A stretch of DNA of 57,374 nucleotides, the filler included, from Jimgerdemannia flammicorona (taxonomy: Eukaryota): the NCBI GenBank assembly GCA_003990765.1. It is 3 parts of 3 records of this genome, joined end to end, with 100 filler letters (N's around TTAATTAATTAA, not from the genome) between each part and the next. Parts side by side here need not be neighbours in the genome. Positions count along the whole stretch, not along the records: positions 38,321 to 57,374 come from RBNJ01002040.1; 2 more parts are not named here. One strand, 5' to 3'. Of the stretch, positions 38,221 through 51,729 are shown in pieces. Position 1 is the first letter of the stretch. Every line of letters begins with the position of its first letter. Made by a program: the position numbers and the translations under genes. The notes under the pieces were generated by a model, which worked only from the letters and a program-made list of their open reading frames with translations, was not told the DNA's origin and made no database searches.

Positions 38221-38320
38221 NNNNNNNNNNNNNNNNNNNNNNNNNNNNNNNNNNNNNNNNNNNNTTAATTAATTAANNNNNNNNNNNNNNNNNNNNNNNN
38301 NNNNNNNNNNNNNNNNNNNN
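38221..38320. other. Artificial contig linker (44 N + TTAATTAATTAA + 44 N)
   Basis: Same spacer as 19062-19161. Confidence 0.97.
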
Positions 38321-39252
38321 AAAAAAAAAAAAAAAAAAAAAAAAAACTTGAAGTCCCGTTTCACACCGTTCGCCCGTATTGCATAAATTTATTTATTTTA
38401 ATGGAACACATTATAGTACTAAGACCTTCAGAACGGGGCTACTATCATTTGTAAAAATCTGTATCATCGGGTATATTTTTTTAACAAAAACTTTTCTTCG
38501 GCAGTTGCATCTGGCGAGATGGGAGGCGTCTGTCATAACCTTTGTAGATGGCGGCATGTCAGGGGCAATGATGTCGAGCATATCAATTCTCCTGCATGTT
38601 GATGTAACATTTGCTACCACAGGTCGCAGAAACGGGCACCAGACGATCGCTATAAATTCAGGGAGAATATATTTATCATGAAGTGACCGATTGACAGGTC
38701 TTAGAAGTGCTTCGGTTCGTTGTAAGCACGGTTGGAACAATTCTCGTTTGTTTCTGCAGGGTCGTCAATGGGTGGCTGCAGATGCTTTGGATAGTATGCA
38801 ATGACTCGTAAGTAAATTTCTAATTTACGATGCCCCTTTACTCTGCGATCGACTTGGCTCCTTTTCTCCATAACTCCTTGTATTAAATTATGATGAGCAC
38901 ATGCCAAAACAGTTCTGAAAATAATACTCACTCTATTTGAAAATGATGTATCCCAACAACTTAAAAGTTCCATTTCAACTTTTTTCAATGCTACCCCGTA
39001 CCGTCATTCTGGTCCCTTCCTATCTTCCCAATTCACCATCCAAACTCCTGATAGTAACATTACTATCTCAGAAAGCATTGCCGTCGTACATGTTAGGAAG
39101 CCATCGCCATTTGACCTTACCGCGCTCTATAGCCCATTTTGCTATGTCTGTTGGAACGGAGCCAATCATTTTCTCCTTCAGCTGGGTGGTTGGGAAGACT
39201 CGCGACTTGAGGGAAGCTATTATGCCAGCCACACCGAGTATGCCTCCAACGA

Positions 39253-39434
39253 CGGCTGGCGCCTAACATTCTACCCGGCGGCTGGCGCCTAACATTCTAC
39301 CCGGCGGCTGGCGCCTAACATTCTACCCGGTGGCTGGCGCCTAACATTCTACCCGGCGGCTGGCGCCTAACATTCTACCCGGCGGCTGGCGCCTAACATT
39401 CTACCCGGCGGCTGGCGCCTAACATTCTACCCGG
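39253..39434. repeat. Minisatellite: 7 x 26 bp cggctggcgcctaacattctacccgg
   Basis: Seven head-to-tail copies, one C->T variant at 39331, no spacers. Confidence 0.97.
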
Positions 39435-39526
39435 CAAGTCAATAGTGCACTCCAGCGTCTCCTTTTCTTCCTAATTAAAACAATTAGTTTTGGCATTCTC
39501 ATGTTTATATCGCCCTACAGCGCGGA

Positions 39527-40439
39527 ATGGCTGATGCCGAAGCCGGGTACATGTCGGCATATCTTGTTGCCGAAAGGCGAAACCTGATGGCCTTCCGCGT
39601 TCGCCAAGCTGTCGAGGCCATCTTTTTCTGTCGGGCGGCTACATCGAAGCGGTTGTTGATAGAGAGACCCATGTCTCGGTCCGATTTTGTTACTGACAGA
39701 GATAATTGGGGTAAGTACCAAACAATACAAGGCATCCTTTGATTTAACACACACTATCTTCGCTTGCTTACACTCGTTTTTAATACTTTTACGAGAGGAA
39801 GGCATTGGTTAGAGCTCTCAAAAATGAGGAGCTTATTCTTGAAGTCAAGATGACGTATCAAATGCCTGTCGATACCACACCCGAAACTCTTTTTGAACTG
39901 GCAATGAAAAGACCTAAAGAATTAGACGTATACTTCAATGTCTGCGGTCACATAATCAAGGCGAACAAGGCCGTCATCACTAGGAGGTTAGGAGGTGTGA
40001 TTATTTTGACGCCATGTTCAACAGCAGTATGATAGAAAGCCAGAAACACGGCGAGGGCACGACCATCAGGATCACTGACACAACACCATCTTGCTTCAAG
40101 ACAATGCTCTGGTTTCTCTACAGTGGCTACCTAGACCTTGAAAGATTCCCGGGCTCAACCTTACGCGGTGTTTACTGTCTCTCGGATAAGTACCAGATTG
40201 GCGATCTTACGACGGAGGCCGGAAAGCAAATCCTACAGGATCTAACATCGGAGACCGCGCTTCGGACCCTATTCGATTACGCCTACTCCTACCCTTCCTT
40301 AAAGAAACCCATCGTTGAGCATATTATGGATAATGCAAATGCTGTACTCAAGGCAAAGAATTTCAAGAGGATCATGAAAGGGTGCAAGCGTATCGAGATT
40401 TTCAGGGATATATTGACGGAAATATTGATGGCGATTTAA
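39527..40439 (+). pseudogene. MATH-like + BTB/POZ (SPOP-like) gene disrupted by an 8-bp duplication
   Basis: BTB: DVYFNVCGHIIKANKAVITRR/CDYFDAMFNSSMIES..ITDTTPSCFKTMLWFLYSG..SDKYQI. The frame break coincides with TAGGAGGT x2 at 39981-39996. MATH assignment is weaker (YMSAYL..NWG). Confidence 0.78.
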
Positions 40440-41594
40440 ACGGACGCACATGGTTACATAGACATTACAATATTATAGGATTGAGATTACAATGCTGTGG
40501 AGTTGTGCACGAAGATTTGTTTCCTGCCGATAAAGTAAAATAAAATCTAATCCCCCTTTTCACCTACGAATTTGGGGGGTTGGACAAACGAATCCGAAAT
40601 ATGGATGGAGATTGCTTCTGCTAATATTGAAGAGGCCGATGAGTGACTTTCATGCTTCCGCCTCTTCCAGTGCTCGCCTTCTGCCCCCACACGACCTGGA
40701 CCCTCGGTCTTGAGCATACGAAGGGATTTTGTCCCTTGGGGAAATGTGTGAGGGGTGTCATGTGCTACGTCCTTGCTAGATGCTCGTGTGCGAAATGTAT
40801 TGTAGGTTTTTCAGGCATTATGAAAATTGTGGAAACGTGTACCGGATTGGATGGTTATGGTGGTTCTACCAGTGGAGGGACATGCCGAGCTGCTTATGGA
40901 GCAATGCACGAATTCTCAATAGAGGGGCACAGTAATCACGAAGGCTGCGACTAAGGAAATAACGAATGAAACGAACCCCAATGCACAGATTCTCAATTAG
41001 GGAGGCATAATCATCATGAAGGCCATAAGGGAAAACAATGCAAACACCAATATACAAATTCTCAATAAAGAGGTATTGTCAATATTGCAATTGTTACTTA
41101 TGGAGCAACATATAGATTCTTAATGAGAGAGATAGTAAATTATATGATTTGTATCCTTTGTACTTCTAGCATATGTAGCTTAATATACTACTTGGTAGAA
41201 TACTTAGTAGTAGTTTCTAGACAAAGTTTTATTTAATATCTGTTTGATTTATTCTTATAATCAAGTCTCTTAATAGCTTTCTAATTATATAATTTTTTTA
41301 GTAATAAGAGAGATTCTTTAACTTAAACTCTGAGCTTCTAATATTCAAATAGTTATTTTATTCTTTAAACTTTTCTAATATCTTAAAGTTAGTTATTTTT
41401 TTATTTTATTTTTTTCTGAACTATTAACTGAGATTTATTTTCTCACAATATTGATATTATTTATATAAGTTTATTATATTATAATATAATTAAGCTAAGT
41501 TAACTAATAAAGATAAATATAAAGCTATTATTTTTATTAATTAAGAGTAATAATTACTAGTTATTATAACTAGTATATATAAATAAGTATAAAA

Positions 41595-42624
41595 AGGACA
41601 TAGTGAGAGAGAGGCAATAGTGATGAGTTATCTCTTTATTAGTTTCAGATTGGTGCTTTCTCTACTTTTTTGTAGTTTCTGATATCTTTGGCTATATTTA
41701 GAGTATATTCATTTTAGTGTGGCCTCTTTTTCCTTTTACTGTCATTAATAAGATATCATCTTGAGTATTGGCTAACCTTAGATATCAAGTACCAGTATAG
41801 ATTATCTGCAGATTCTTAATATCTGTAGTAGAGCTCTCTGGGCTTTGGTAAGTTTTCTAGTGAGTGTAGTACTGATATAGGTGACTGTTTTTTAGGTGAG
41901 GTTAGAATGAGAGAGGAGATGGCTATTACAGATAAGAGAAAGAGTGATTATAATAAACTAGTAGAGTGCCAAGCTAAGGACAGTTATCAGAACTGAGACA
42001 GGTGCTGCATTGGTGAGACCTTCTAATTAGTGAAGGGTGGTTAGATGATAGATATCCCTCTTAGCTACTTTTGATAATATATAAAGTTGAGCTCCAGTTA
42101 TTAGAGGTAGTCAGAGGGCCTGAGGCTACTTGAATCAGATGTCTTAACTACACTCAACTGAAACTGAGAGCTGATATAGTAATATGATCAAGCCTCACAG
42201 ACTTGAGTAGTAGAGTATTGGAGATCTTTTCTTATCTTATATATAAGTTCTCTACTTACCTCATTAGAGAGAACCAGGTTCTACTCACTATTCTGTACTT
42301 TGAGGAAGGAGAGTTTTTCTTTATCTATTACTCTTCTTAAGATAGCAAAGTTATACAAATTGGCTTAGATATGGTCTTATATATATATTGGGGTTTTGGG
42401 TGTATACCTTTGATATATAGTTATTACTCTCTAGTAGTAAAAAGAGTATAGTGTATAGAATGAGGTATAGGTAACTTTACCCTACTGTACCTAGTATAGT
42501 TGAGCTACTGGATAATAGCTAGTCTAGGTTTAATAGAGATATAGTACTCATTAAATAATAAAAGAGAGTTTTGACCTATATAGTCTAGGTTCTTTTCCAA
42601 TAAAAATCTATAGGACATTGAGTC

Positions 42625-42665
<41 letters not shown>

Positions 42666-42671
42666 AATAAA

Positions 42672-42702
<31 letters not shown>
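41595..42702 (+). mobile_element. 5'-truncated LINE 3' end with poly(A) and ~11-bp TSD
   Basis: AATAAA at ~42599; poly(A) 42629-42702; TSD taagtataaaa at 41584-41594 and 42704-42714; homologous to 11312-12470. Confidence 0.85.
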
Positions 42703-42704
<2 letters not shown>

Positions 42705-43376
42705 AAGTATAAAATAGTTAAATAATAAGAATAGTAATTAACTTAATAGATAAAATTAGTTATAATAATATACTTTACTATTATAGTAATTATACTCTTT
42801 AAATTAATAATCTTTAATCTAATAACTTAAAGATACTTATATATATTAGATATTCTTAGCTTGAGAAAGTAGCTATCTTAATATCTAAGTATTATCTATT
42901 ATATTTATAATTGATCTAGTCTCTTTCTAGTAGACCTTGGTAACAATTTAGCAATTATAGACTTTAGTTTATATCTTTTAGTATATCCTCTTTTAGATAT
43001 AATCTAGGTCTGAGAATTTAATATATTCTTTAGAGTTCAAATATTTATAAAGTTCAGAATATCTAATTTTAGATATAGTCTTATTTTAATTATTTCAAGG
43101 ACTTATTTATAAATTAGAGAACCTAAGTTTTAATTATTTATTTAATTTTGAGAAGAAAATAATTCTGAGATTTATTAAGTTATATTTCAGAGAGTATTTA
43201 TATATTTTTAAGATCTTTTGAATTTAGCTAAATATTGGCTAAGAAATATAAGATACAAAGTTACTTAAATATAATATAAAGTTTATATTATAATAGTATC
43301 ATTATTAATTTATAATAATGCTATTTAATAATAATATTTTTATATATTAACTATGAGATAAAATTATAATATATAT

Positions 43377-44929
43377 TATAATAGTGACCCCAGAATGATG
43401 ACATCAGTACAGGAGACAGTCTTTTCTTGCAAGTTACCAGATCAGAGCACATAAAGATCATATGGTATATGAGATAAGCAATGATGACCAACTGTGAGTC
43501 ATTGTGACCACAGTTGAGTATCTTGAGGAATATAAAAGAAGAATTAAGGAACTACAGTAGCAGCAACCAAAAAGACCCACCAATCTCAAAATAGCTCAAA
43601 AACTTACCATAAACAAAATACCTACTGCTTGCCAAATCTCAAGGTCAAGGAACCACCAAGGTATCTCAGTTGAAGAAAAGATGTTCTAAGACATCAGAAG
43701 AGCCATGAGAACCTGCTCAAGAAGAACTTCTAGTATTAACCTGGGTACTGGTGACCCTTATCATTATATTCTCTACTGCTGTGAAATGGAAACAAGGATC
43801 ACCATTACTACCGAATACCTCCAAATGTGGCAGAAGTATGAAATAGGAAATATTCTCTACTAGGAGTTCCTACAGACCAGCACTCAAGAGCTATAAGATA
43901 CCACTCCTATGAATATATGTGAAACAAGAACAGCTAAGAAGATCCATCAGATCTTCAGGCATGCATCATAGTTGATTCCTAACTTGGAGTATATTAGAGT
44001 CTCAGATTTCAGAGACCTGTTATCCCGCTGTATCAATATACTAGAAGCCAGGGTGGCCACAGAAGCCTAGTCTACTATCACTCTTGATAGTGATGAAGTA
44101 GAAGACTTCTGGCATCTTATTCTCCAGGATAACTCAGATCAATTCCTACAAGGATTGAGCTCAGTATTCCAAGGCCCAAGCATCCAAGTTAGACCTCCCC
44201 AAGACCTCATATTTGTTCCCTATTTTGTAGAAGAGAACCTCATAGACTAGAGAGCTTCAGATCTCCTTGTTCCTGCCACCACTGCTGCCAAATGTGATGA
44301 CATCATCAGTGATGACATCATCCTGCACAACATATATGAAGCATGTAAAATATGTGAAACACATGACCTATGCAATAATGATAATGAGACAGATGAGATA
44401 TTCACAGACCTCATCTCCTTTGAAGACATCCTGACCTCTGATGAGGATGAAGTCTCTATGGTCTTGAACATTCTGCTCTAAGTCCCTTGGTTATACTGAA
44501 TAATGCCAGTACTGATATTCTGATATAACATTGAATAATGCCAGCATTGGTATTCTGAACCTATACAACCATTAGTACTAACTCTGGAACTTAGCAGTTT
44601 TTCCTGTCCTAGCATTTTATTTTAGTTATTGGAATTTATGTATATTTAGCTTTATATCTTAGCAATTATTGAATTATATTTTATATAAATACCCCTTTTA
44701 TTTTCTCTGAAATAAACTCAGTCTATTTAGTTCCAGTTCACTTATACACAATCTCTTGCAAGCAATCTAAGAGATAACAAGACAGTTAAAGATAAGAAGT
44801 TTGAGGACTATAAGATCTTAAAAAGGTACTCCAATAAGAACTTGCTTATAACAAACTTGAGTTAGTCTAAAAGATACACCTTGAAGAGAATCTGGCATAT
44901 TTGAAGGACTCAACAACCACTACATGACA
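43377..44929 (+). repeat. 5' LTR of element 1 (1553 bp)
   Basis: Colinear with 50625-52162, differing mostly by transitions. Confidence 0.93.
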
Positions 44930-47139
44930 ACTTAGTGCCCATTGGCTGGTGATTTAAGATGAATCCCTCACTCTTAAGCTGAAAAATGAACAACTCCCAC
45001 AACAACTACCCTATCTACAAGAGTCACCCCTATAAGAATTCAAGATAAGATAAAAATGCATCCCCCCATATTCTATGGATATACTACTGAAGAATCAATC
45101 CTGACCTTTATTGAAGACTTTGAATAATTCACTGCTATATGAGCCCTTAGTGTGAATGCAAAATTGGTCCTTCTATCAGTCAGCCTTAGAGGATCTACTA
45201 GAGATAAGTTTAATGCAGCCACTATTGCTAATAATAGTGCAGCCAAACTTGCCAACATGAAGGCCTTCCTTAGAACAACATACTATACTGAAGAGATCAA
45301 GCAAGCTCTCAAGGATCAACTCAATATTATCTGCCAGAGACTTAGTGAAGATTTCAACTTATTCTATATCTGAATCTGCTACCAGATTGTCTTGGCTGGC
45401 TATGATGATGCCCTCAAGGAACAAATAGCAGATTCAACCTTCCTCAAAAGAGTTCACTCTGAAATTACTCTAGCAATCTGGTCTATCTCAGCTGCACTGA
45501 CCCTTGATCAGAAAGTGGTCTTTACACAGAGATATTAGACTGCCAGACACCCTGCTGAGCACTCAATGGAGAAAATAACTGGTATCAAGATAGAGCCATC
45601 AAAGCCAACTAGTATCATATCTGCCATAGTTGTAAACAGACAACCATTTCCACCTACCCCCAAGACAGCCAAAGCTGACCCAGTGGAGAAACTCACTAAG
45701 TAGTTTACTGAGATGACTACATACCTTGGTGATGTTTTTAGAGAAGTCCAAAGTACCAACAGGAGACCAGTGCAGAGATTTGCAGCTGCTATAGAAGAAT
45801 ATAATATCACATGCTTCAGATGTGGAGAAGAAGGCCACTATGTAAAGAATTGTATGACCAAAACAAGATATAAAGCCAAACTAAGCAATGCTAGCAGATC
45901 TAGAGAATAAACCAATACAGTAGTCATCGAGGAGATTGGTGATACTAATGATGAAGAATACTATAAGGAGCTTAAATTCTACTCTGCTACTGAAGGTACC
46001 AGAACTCAGTCCAAGCCCTATGATAAGAAGAGCAACAGCAAGCCAGTTGGAAGACTAAAAAAGACCCCAGCTATTACTATTCAAAGCAAGACTCAACCTA
46101 AGGAGATTGATCAAGACATGGAGTTAGATGAAGCTACCTGCCAAATTATTGAAGGCACTACTCCAGTCTCAGGAGAAAGTAAAAGCAAGAAGAAACAGAA
46201 GCTGTACAAGACCAAGATCCACTAGTATAATATCTACAAGGACCTCAAGGAACAGAAGATCAATGCTACTTTTGGACAGCTAGTCAAAGTCCCTACCTTC
46301 AGATAGCAGTTGAGAGTAGAACTTATAACTACTACTAAGAATCAAGAGTACAAGATTGTAGAAGCTCACAATGTACAGGAAGAATCTGAAAACTCAGGTA
46401 AAGAATTCAAAGACCAGCACAAGACATCAGCCTATACTCCATGTCAGATTGAAGACTGTAGCTTTAATGCTATCATTGATACCAGTGCTGGAGGATACCT
46501 CATGAGCAAGAAGGCAATTGACTGCCTAGGCTGAGATATTGAAGAGTCCACCAAGATAGTCTATGTTACAGCAGATAGTATATGAGCTACCCCCCTTGGC
46601 AAAATCTGAGAAGTCTCCATCAAGATAGAAGGAGCTACCATCCTAGTAGATGTGATTGTTATAAGTTCCACCAACTATGACATTCTCATTGGCAACCAAT
46701 GGCTTCATAAGGCCAAGGCTATCATTGACCTCAATGTCCAGAAGATGTAGATCAACTATAGAGGAAAAAAGGTATGAGTCTCTATCAATGTCCACAAAGG
46801 AGTTCTACCAGACATAGAGGAAGGAGATGAAGAGAATACAGAGGTCTTCATGCACTCAGTGAACAAGAACAAGAACAAGATACCCAAGCTCACAGATGAG
46901 CAGTAGTACAATAAGATCATCAATAGCTATACCTCTCAAGGAAGATGCCCCTATAGTACTAGGATGTACTACTCTGAACACCTGAATGACTGCTGGTCCT
47001 ATATCAGTAAAGTCAGGAAAATCCACCAATAGAAACACAAGCAAGAAGCCACTGAAGCAAAAAGGAAAGCTGAAGAAGATGACCAGCCCTCTGAGCTTCA
47101 GACTGACAGTGATAATGAACAGAAACAAGAATCAGACAT

Positions 47140-47556
47140 CACCCTCAAGGTCAAGAATTTTCACCCCAAAGCTAAGATCCCAGAATATAAGACTGAAGGA
47201 GCTATAGAAATGAACCTTGTCAGCATTCAAGATGCTACCCTTGAACCACAGACCACCACCCTACTTGGCACTGGAATTGGAGTTAAGTTGCCAGAAAACC
47301 ATACCAGAATTATCAAGACCAGGAGCAGTCTGGCCAAAAGCGAAATCTCAGTTAAAGGAGGAGTAATTGACCCTAATTCCACTGGCAAGATCTTCCTCAT
47401 AGTCAGGAATCACAACCCCACCACCCCATTCAAAGTCAAGAAGCATAACAGAATTGGCCAGATACTGATCTATGAAATCAAGAAACCCAAGATCACTGAA
47501 GCCATTAAACTCATCAAAACTAAGAGAGAAGAATAAGGTTTTGGATTCACTGGAAG
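47140..47556 (+). pseudogene. dut: dUTPase domain between protease and RT in element 1
   Basis: GTGIGVKLP..KTRSSLAK..VKGGVIDP..GKI..RIGQILI..R..GFGFTG. Confidence 0.9.
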
Positions 47557-49064
47557 AGGAGCCTATGCTACCATCAAGATTACCAAACTTGAGTACAAGA
47601 AAGATAAGGACCAGAATAAGTACATATGTACTATTGGAGAAAACTTTTCCCTGGAAGAACAACTTCTCAAGATCCTATACCAGAATGAAGGAGTACTTGC
47701 TACAGACTTCAGGGATATCCACAATCAAGAACCCAAGTACTACCATGAAGTTGACACTAGCAATACCAAGTCTATCTACTAGAAAGCCAGACCCATACCA
47801 CCTGCCTACAGAGAATGGCTGCAAGTGGAACTCAAGGAAATGGAAGAAGCTAGAATCATCAAGCAAGCTATCAGTCTCTGGGCTTTACCCATTGTTCTTG
47901 CCCTAAAGAAAGGAAGCAAGCCTGGAGAGTTTGCACTAAGACTCTGTATTGACTACAGGAAGCTCAATGCTATCACCAAGAAGGATAAACAGTCCTTGCC
48001 AAATATTCAAGAAATCCTTACTACTCTTGGAAGTGAAGCCAAATACTACACCACCCTGGATCTGTTCTCAGGCTTCCATCAGATTGGTCTCACTCAAGAT
48101 GCCAGTGAGAAATCAGCCTTCATCACACCTGATGCTACCTATATCTATCTACAAATGCTATTTAGAATGTGCAATGCCCCAGCAAGTTTCCAGCAAATGA
48201 TGAATAGAGTCTTTAGCAATGAGATTGGAAAATGGCTCTTTGTCTATGTTGATAATATGATAATCTTCAGCAACACTATACAGGAATATGTCAATCACAT
48301 ACAACTAGCTCTCAAGAAGCTCAAGGAGCATGGCCTTTACATCAAGCCTAAGAAATGCAAGTTTACAGCTCAAGAAATCACCTATCTAGGACACATCAAC
48401 CAGACTGGAATCCACACAGACCCCATAAAGATTGAGGCTATTGCAGCCTACCTGAGACCCAGAACAACCACAGAAGTCCATGCCTTTCTTGGACTGGCCA
48501 GCTATTACAGAAGATTCATCAAAGGATACTCCAACATTGCAGTATCTATCTACAAGCTACTGAAGAAGGAAACCAAATTTGAATGGACCAAGGAATATCA
48601 AGAAATCTTCAATGAACTCAAGACCAGGTTGACCCAAGCATCTATCCTCAGAAGACCAGATTGGAACCTAGAATTTATCCTGCAGACAGATGTGAGTACT
48701 ATAGAACTTAGAGCAGTCCTAGCTCAGAAGAAAGATGGACATGAATATATCATCTCCTATACAAGCTGAGGTACTCATAAAGTAGAACAGAACTATGAGT
48801 TATATAAGCTCAAATACTTAGCAGTAGTTTGGGCAGTAGACAAGTTCCACTACTACCTAGCCAGGAAACACTTCACTATTCAAACAGACTATTCTGCTCT
48901 TGCCTGGCTATTCCACACTCTGAACCCCAAAGGAATATATACCAGATAGATCTACAGACTGCAAGAGTATGACTGTACTGTCAAGCACCACTCAGGAAGA
49001 ACCAACACCAATTCTGATGCACTCTCAAGGACACTTCAAAACACCCCCATCAAGACTATTCAAC

Positions 49065-50260
49065 ATGAATAAGGAGTTATACTATGAATTAATTAGCTAT
49101 CTTAGGTAGCAGAAGATGCCCAACCACCTCGAACCCTAGACAATCACCATCATCAACTGGACTTGGAAACAGTTTGAACTAGACAACACTACACTCAGAA
49201 AAGGAGAAAAGCTAGTAATACCCAAACATAAGAAGTATCAAGTAATGAAAGAAGTACATGAGCAAGGATACTTAGGAGGAATCAATATATATGATAAGGC
49301 AAGAAGAATCATATGGTGGTCCAAGATGGAAGAAAACCTGTGCCAATTTATCAAAGAGTGTGACAAGTGCCAAAACAGAGACAAGATCAACAAGACCAGG
49401 CATCTAAGTCATCAAGAATTGAGTCTATCCCCTTCCACCACATCACAATAGATATCATTGGGCCACTACTAGTAACACTATCAGAAAACTGCTATATTAT
49501 AGTTATTGTAGACCTTTTTACCAAATGGATAGAAGCAGGAGCATTACAAGAAGCCAATGTCCTCTCTATAGCTGACTTCCTGTACTGAGAAATCATCTGC
49601 CACTATAAGACACCAAAGCAAATTACAACAGACCATGGTACAGAATTTATCAATAGATTCTATAAGATAATGTATCAGAAATATAAGATCCAGTATATCA
49701 AGACCACCACATATCACTCTTAAGGAAATGGACAGATAGAGAGAACCAACAAAACCCTCAAGAACATCCTAGTGAAGACCTCAGAGATATATGAGAATTG
49801 GGATAACTATCTCCCAACTGTCCTCTCTATCCTACAAGATATATAATCACAGAGCATATACTTTACCCCAAGAGAACTGCTCTTCAGAGAAAAAGGTTCT
49901 GATGGAACCTCAGCTACAAATCTAAACCTAACTTGGAGATAGGTCCATATATAAATTTAGAGACTATACCAAATCAGGAAGAAAGCTGAAGATTATATTA
50001 TCAAGTTACAAGCACTAACAAGAAAGAATGCAGAAAAGAATCACAAGACCCTAGAACTCATCCAAATTGGAGAAAAGGTCCTACTGTATCGAAATATGAT
50101 AGAAGTCTCATGATCATGAAAACTGGAGCCCAAATAGGAAGGATCCTTCTATGTGCAAGATATCAAAGGAACTATCTTCTGGCTTAGAAAAATCTCAGAG
50201 ACCATACTACCTACTACAGTATATAGGAACAGACTCAAGAAGTACCACAAACCTATATAA
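49065..50260 (+). pseudogene. Integrase of element 1 (decayed), in a different frame from RT-RH
   Basis: Zinc-binding region EVHEQG..ECDKCQ, core IDIIGPL..VDLFTKWIEA..TDHGTEF..GQIERTNKTLK, C-terminal G(S)F..HRNRLK-like; no chromodomain seen. Confidence 0.88.
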
Positions 50261-50322
50261 GAGAAGTAAAACATAATAACCACCCATGAGGTTCTAGTCT
50301 GTGAATTGTAACAGTATGTCCT

Positions 50323-51729
50323 ATGACCAGCAGGCTATCTGTCTGGACCATTCTCTAAGAGATACAACACTAGCAACTACTTATCTATGAGACTTTTGAA
50401 GCCAGAGGAGTTTGAACCATCAACTGATTGATCAAGATCAGAATCAGGTCCTTGCTCTATATGAAGGGAGTAACTCTTCACCATTATACCAAAATACAAA
50501 TAGAAGATACCAGTCCATAAACACCACTTTTTGACCCCTTACCAGAGGTTATGAGATCAGCAAATTTTTCAGAACTGGACCAATAAATAAGAATGCTCAA
50601 GAAGATCCTTATTTAGGAGGAAGATATAACAGTGACCCCAGAATGATAACATCAGCACAGGAGACAGTCATTCCTTATAAGCCACCAGATCAGAGTATAC
50701 AAAGATCATATGACATATAAGATGAGCAATAATGACCAACTGTGAGTTATTGTGACCACAGTTGAGTATCTTGAGGAATATAAAAGAAGAATCAAGGAAC
50801 TGCAGTAGCAGCAACCAACAAGACCCACCAATCTCAAAATAGCTCAAAGACTTACTACAAACAAAATACCTGTTGCTTACCAAACCTCAAGGTCAAGGAA
50901 CCATCAAGGCATCTCAGTTGAAGAAAGGATATTCCAAGACATCAGAAGAGCCATGAGGACCCACTCAAGAAGGACTCCTAGTGTCAACCTGAGTACTAGT
51001 GACTCTTATGATTATATCCTCTACCACCATAAAATGGAAACAAGAATCATAATTGCTACCAAATGTCTCCAAATGTAGCAGGAGTACAAAATAGAAAACC
51101 TCCTCTGCTGGGAGTTCCTACAGGCCAGCACTCAAGAGCTACAAGATGCCACTCTCATAGATATATGCAAAACAAGGACAGCTAAGAAGATCCATCAGAT
51201 CTTCAGATATGTATCATAGTCAATCCCTAACTTGGAGTATGTTAGAGTCTCAGATTTCAGAGACCTGTCATCCCACCATATCAATACACTAGAAGCCAGG
51301 GTAGCCACAGAAGCCTAGTCCACTATCACCCTTGATAGTGATGAAGTAGAAGACTTCTGGCATCCCATTCTCCAGAACAACCCAGATCAATTTCTGCAAG
51401 GATTGATCTCAGTATTCTAAGGCCCAAGCATCCAGATTACATCTTCCCAAGATCCCACATTTATTCCCTATTTTGTAGAAGAGAACCTCAAAGACTGGAG
51501 AGCTCTAGATCTCCTTATTCCTGCTACTGCTGCCACTGAATATGATGATGTCATCAGCAATAATGTCATCCTATATGATATATATAAAGTATATGAAGTA
51601 CATAAAATATGTGACCTATGCAATAATGATGACAAGACAGATGAGACATTCATGGACCTTATCTCCTTCAAAGACATCCTGACCTCTGATGAGAATGAAG
51701 CCCCTATAGTCTTGAACATTCTGCTCTAA
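50323..51729 (+). pseudogene. ORF3 of element 1: ~468-codon frame crossing the PPT into U3 of the 3' LTR; unknown function
   Basis: Single frame with no net indel. Internal stops are compatible with C->T/G->A decay and some are sense codons in the 5' LTR. Ends ..VLNILL*. Confidence 0.7.

Noticed and set aside
38380..39266. Short ORFs on both strands
   Set aside because: No recognisable motif or consistent exon chain.
39253..39434. CRISPR-like array
   Set aside because: No spacers, no cas genes, eukaryotic context; it is a plain tandem repeat.
39732..39797. GCATCCTTT as a minor-intron donor in the MATH-BTB gene
   Set aside because: No acceptor gives a convincing in-frame join.
50323..51729. 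ORF3 as env
   Set aside because: No signal peptide or transmembrane segment is visible.
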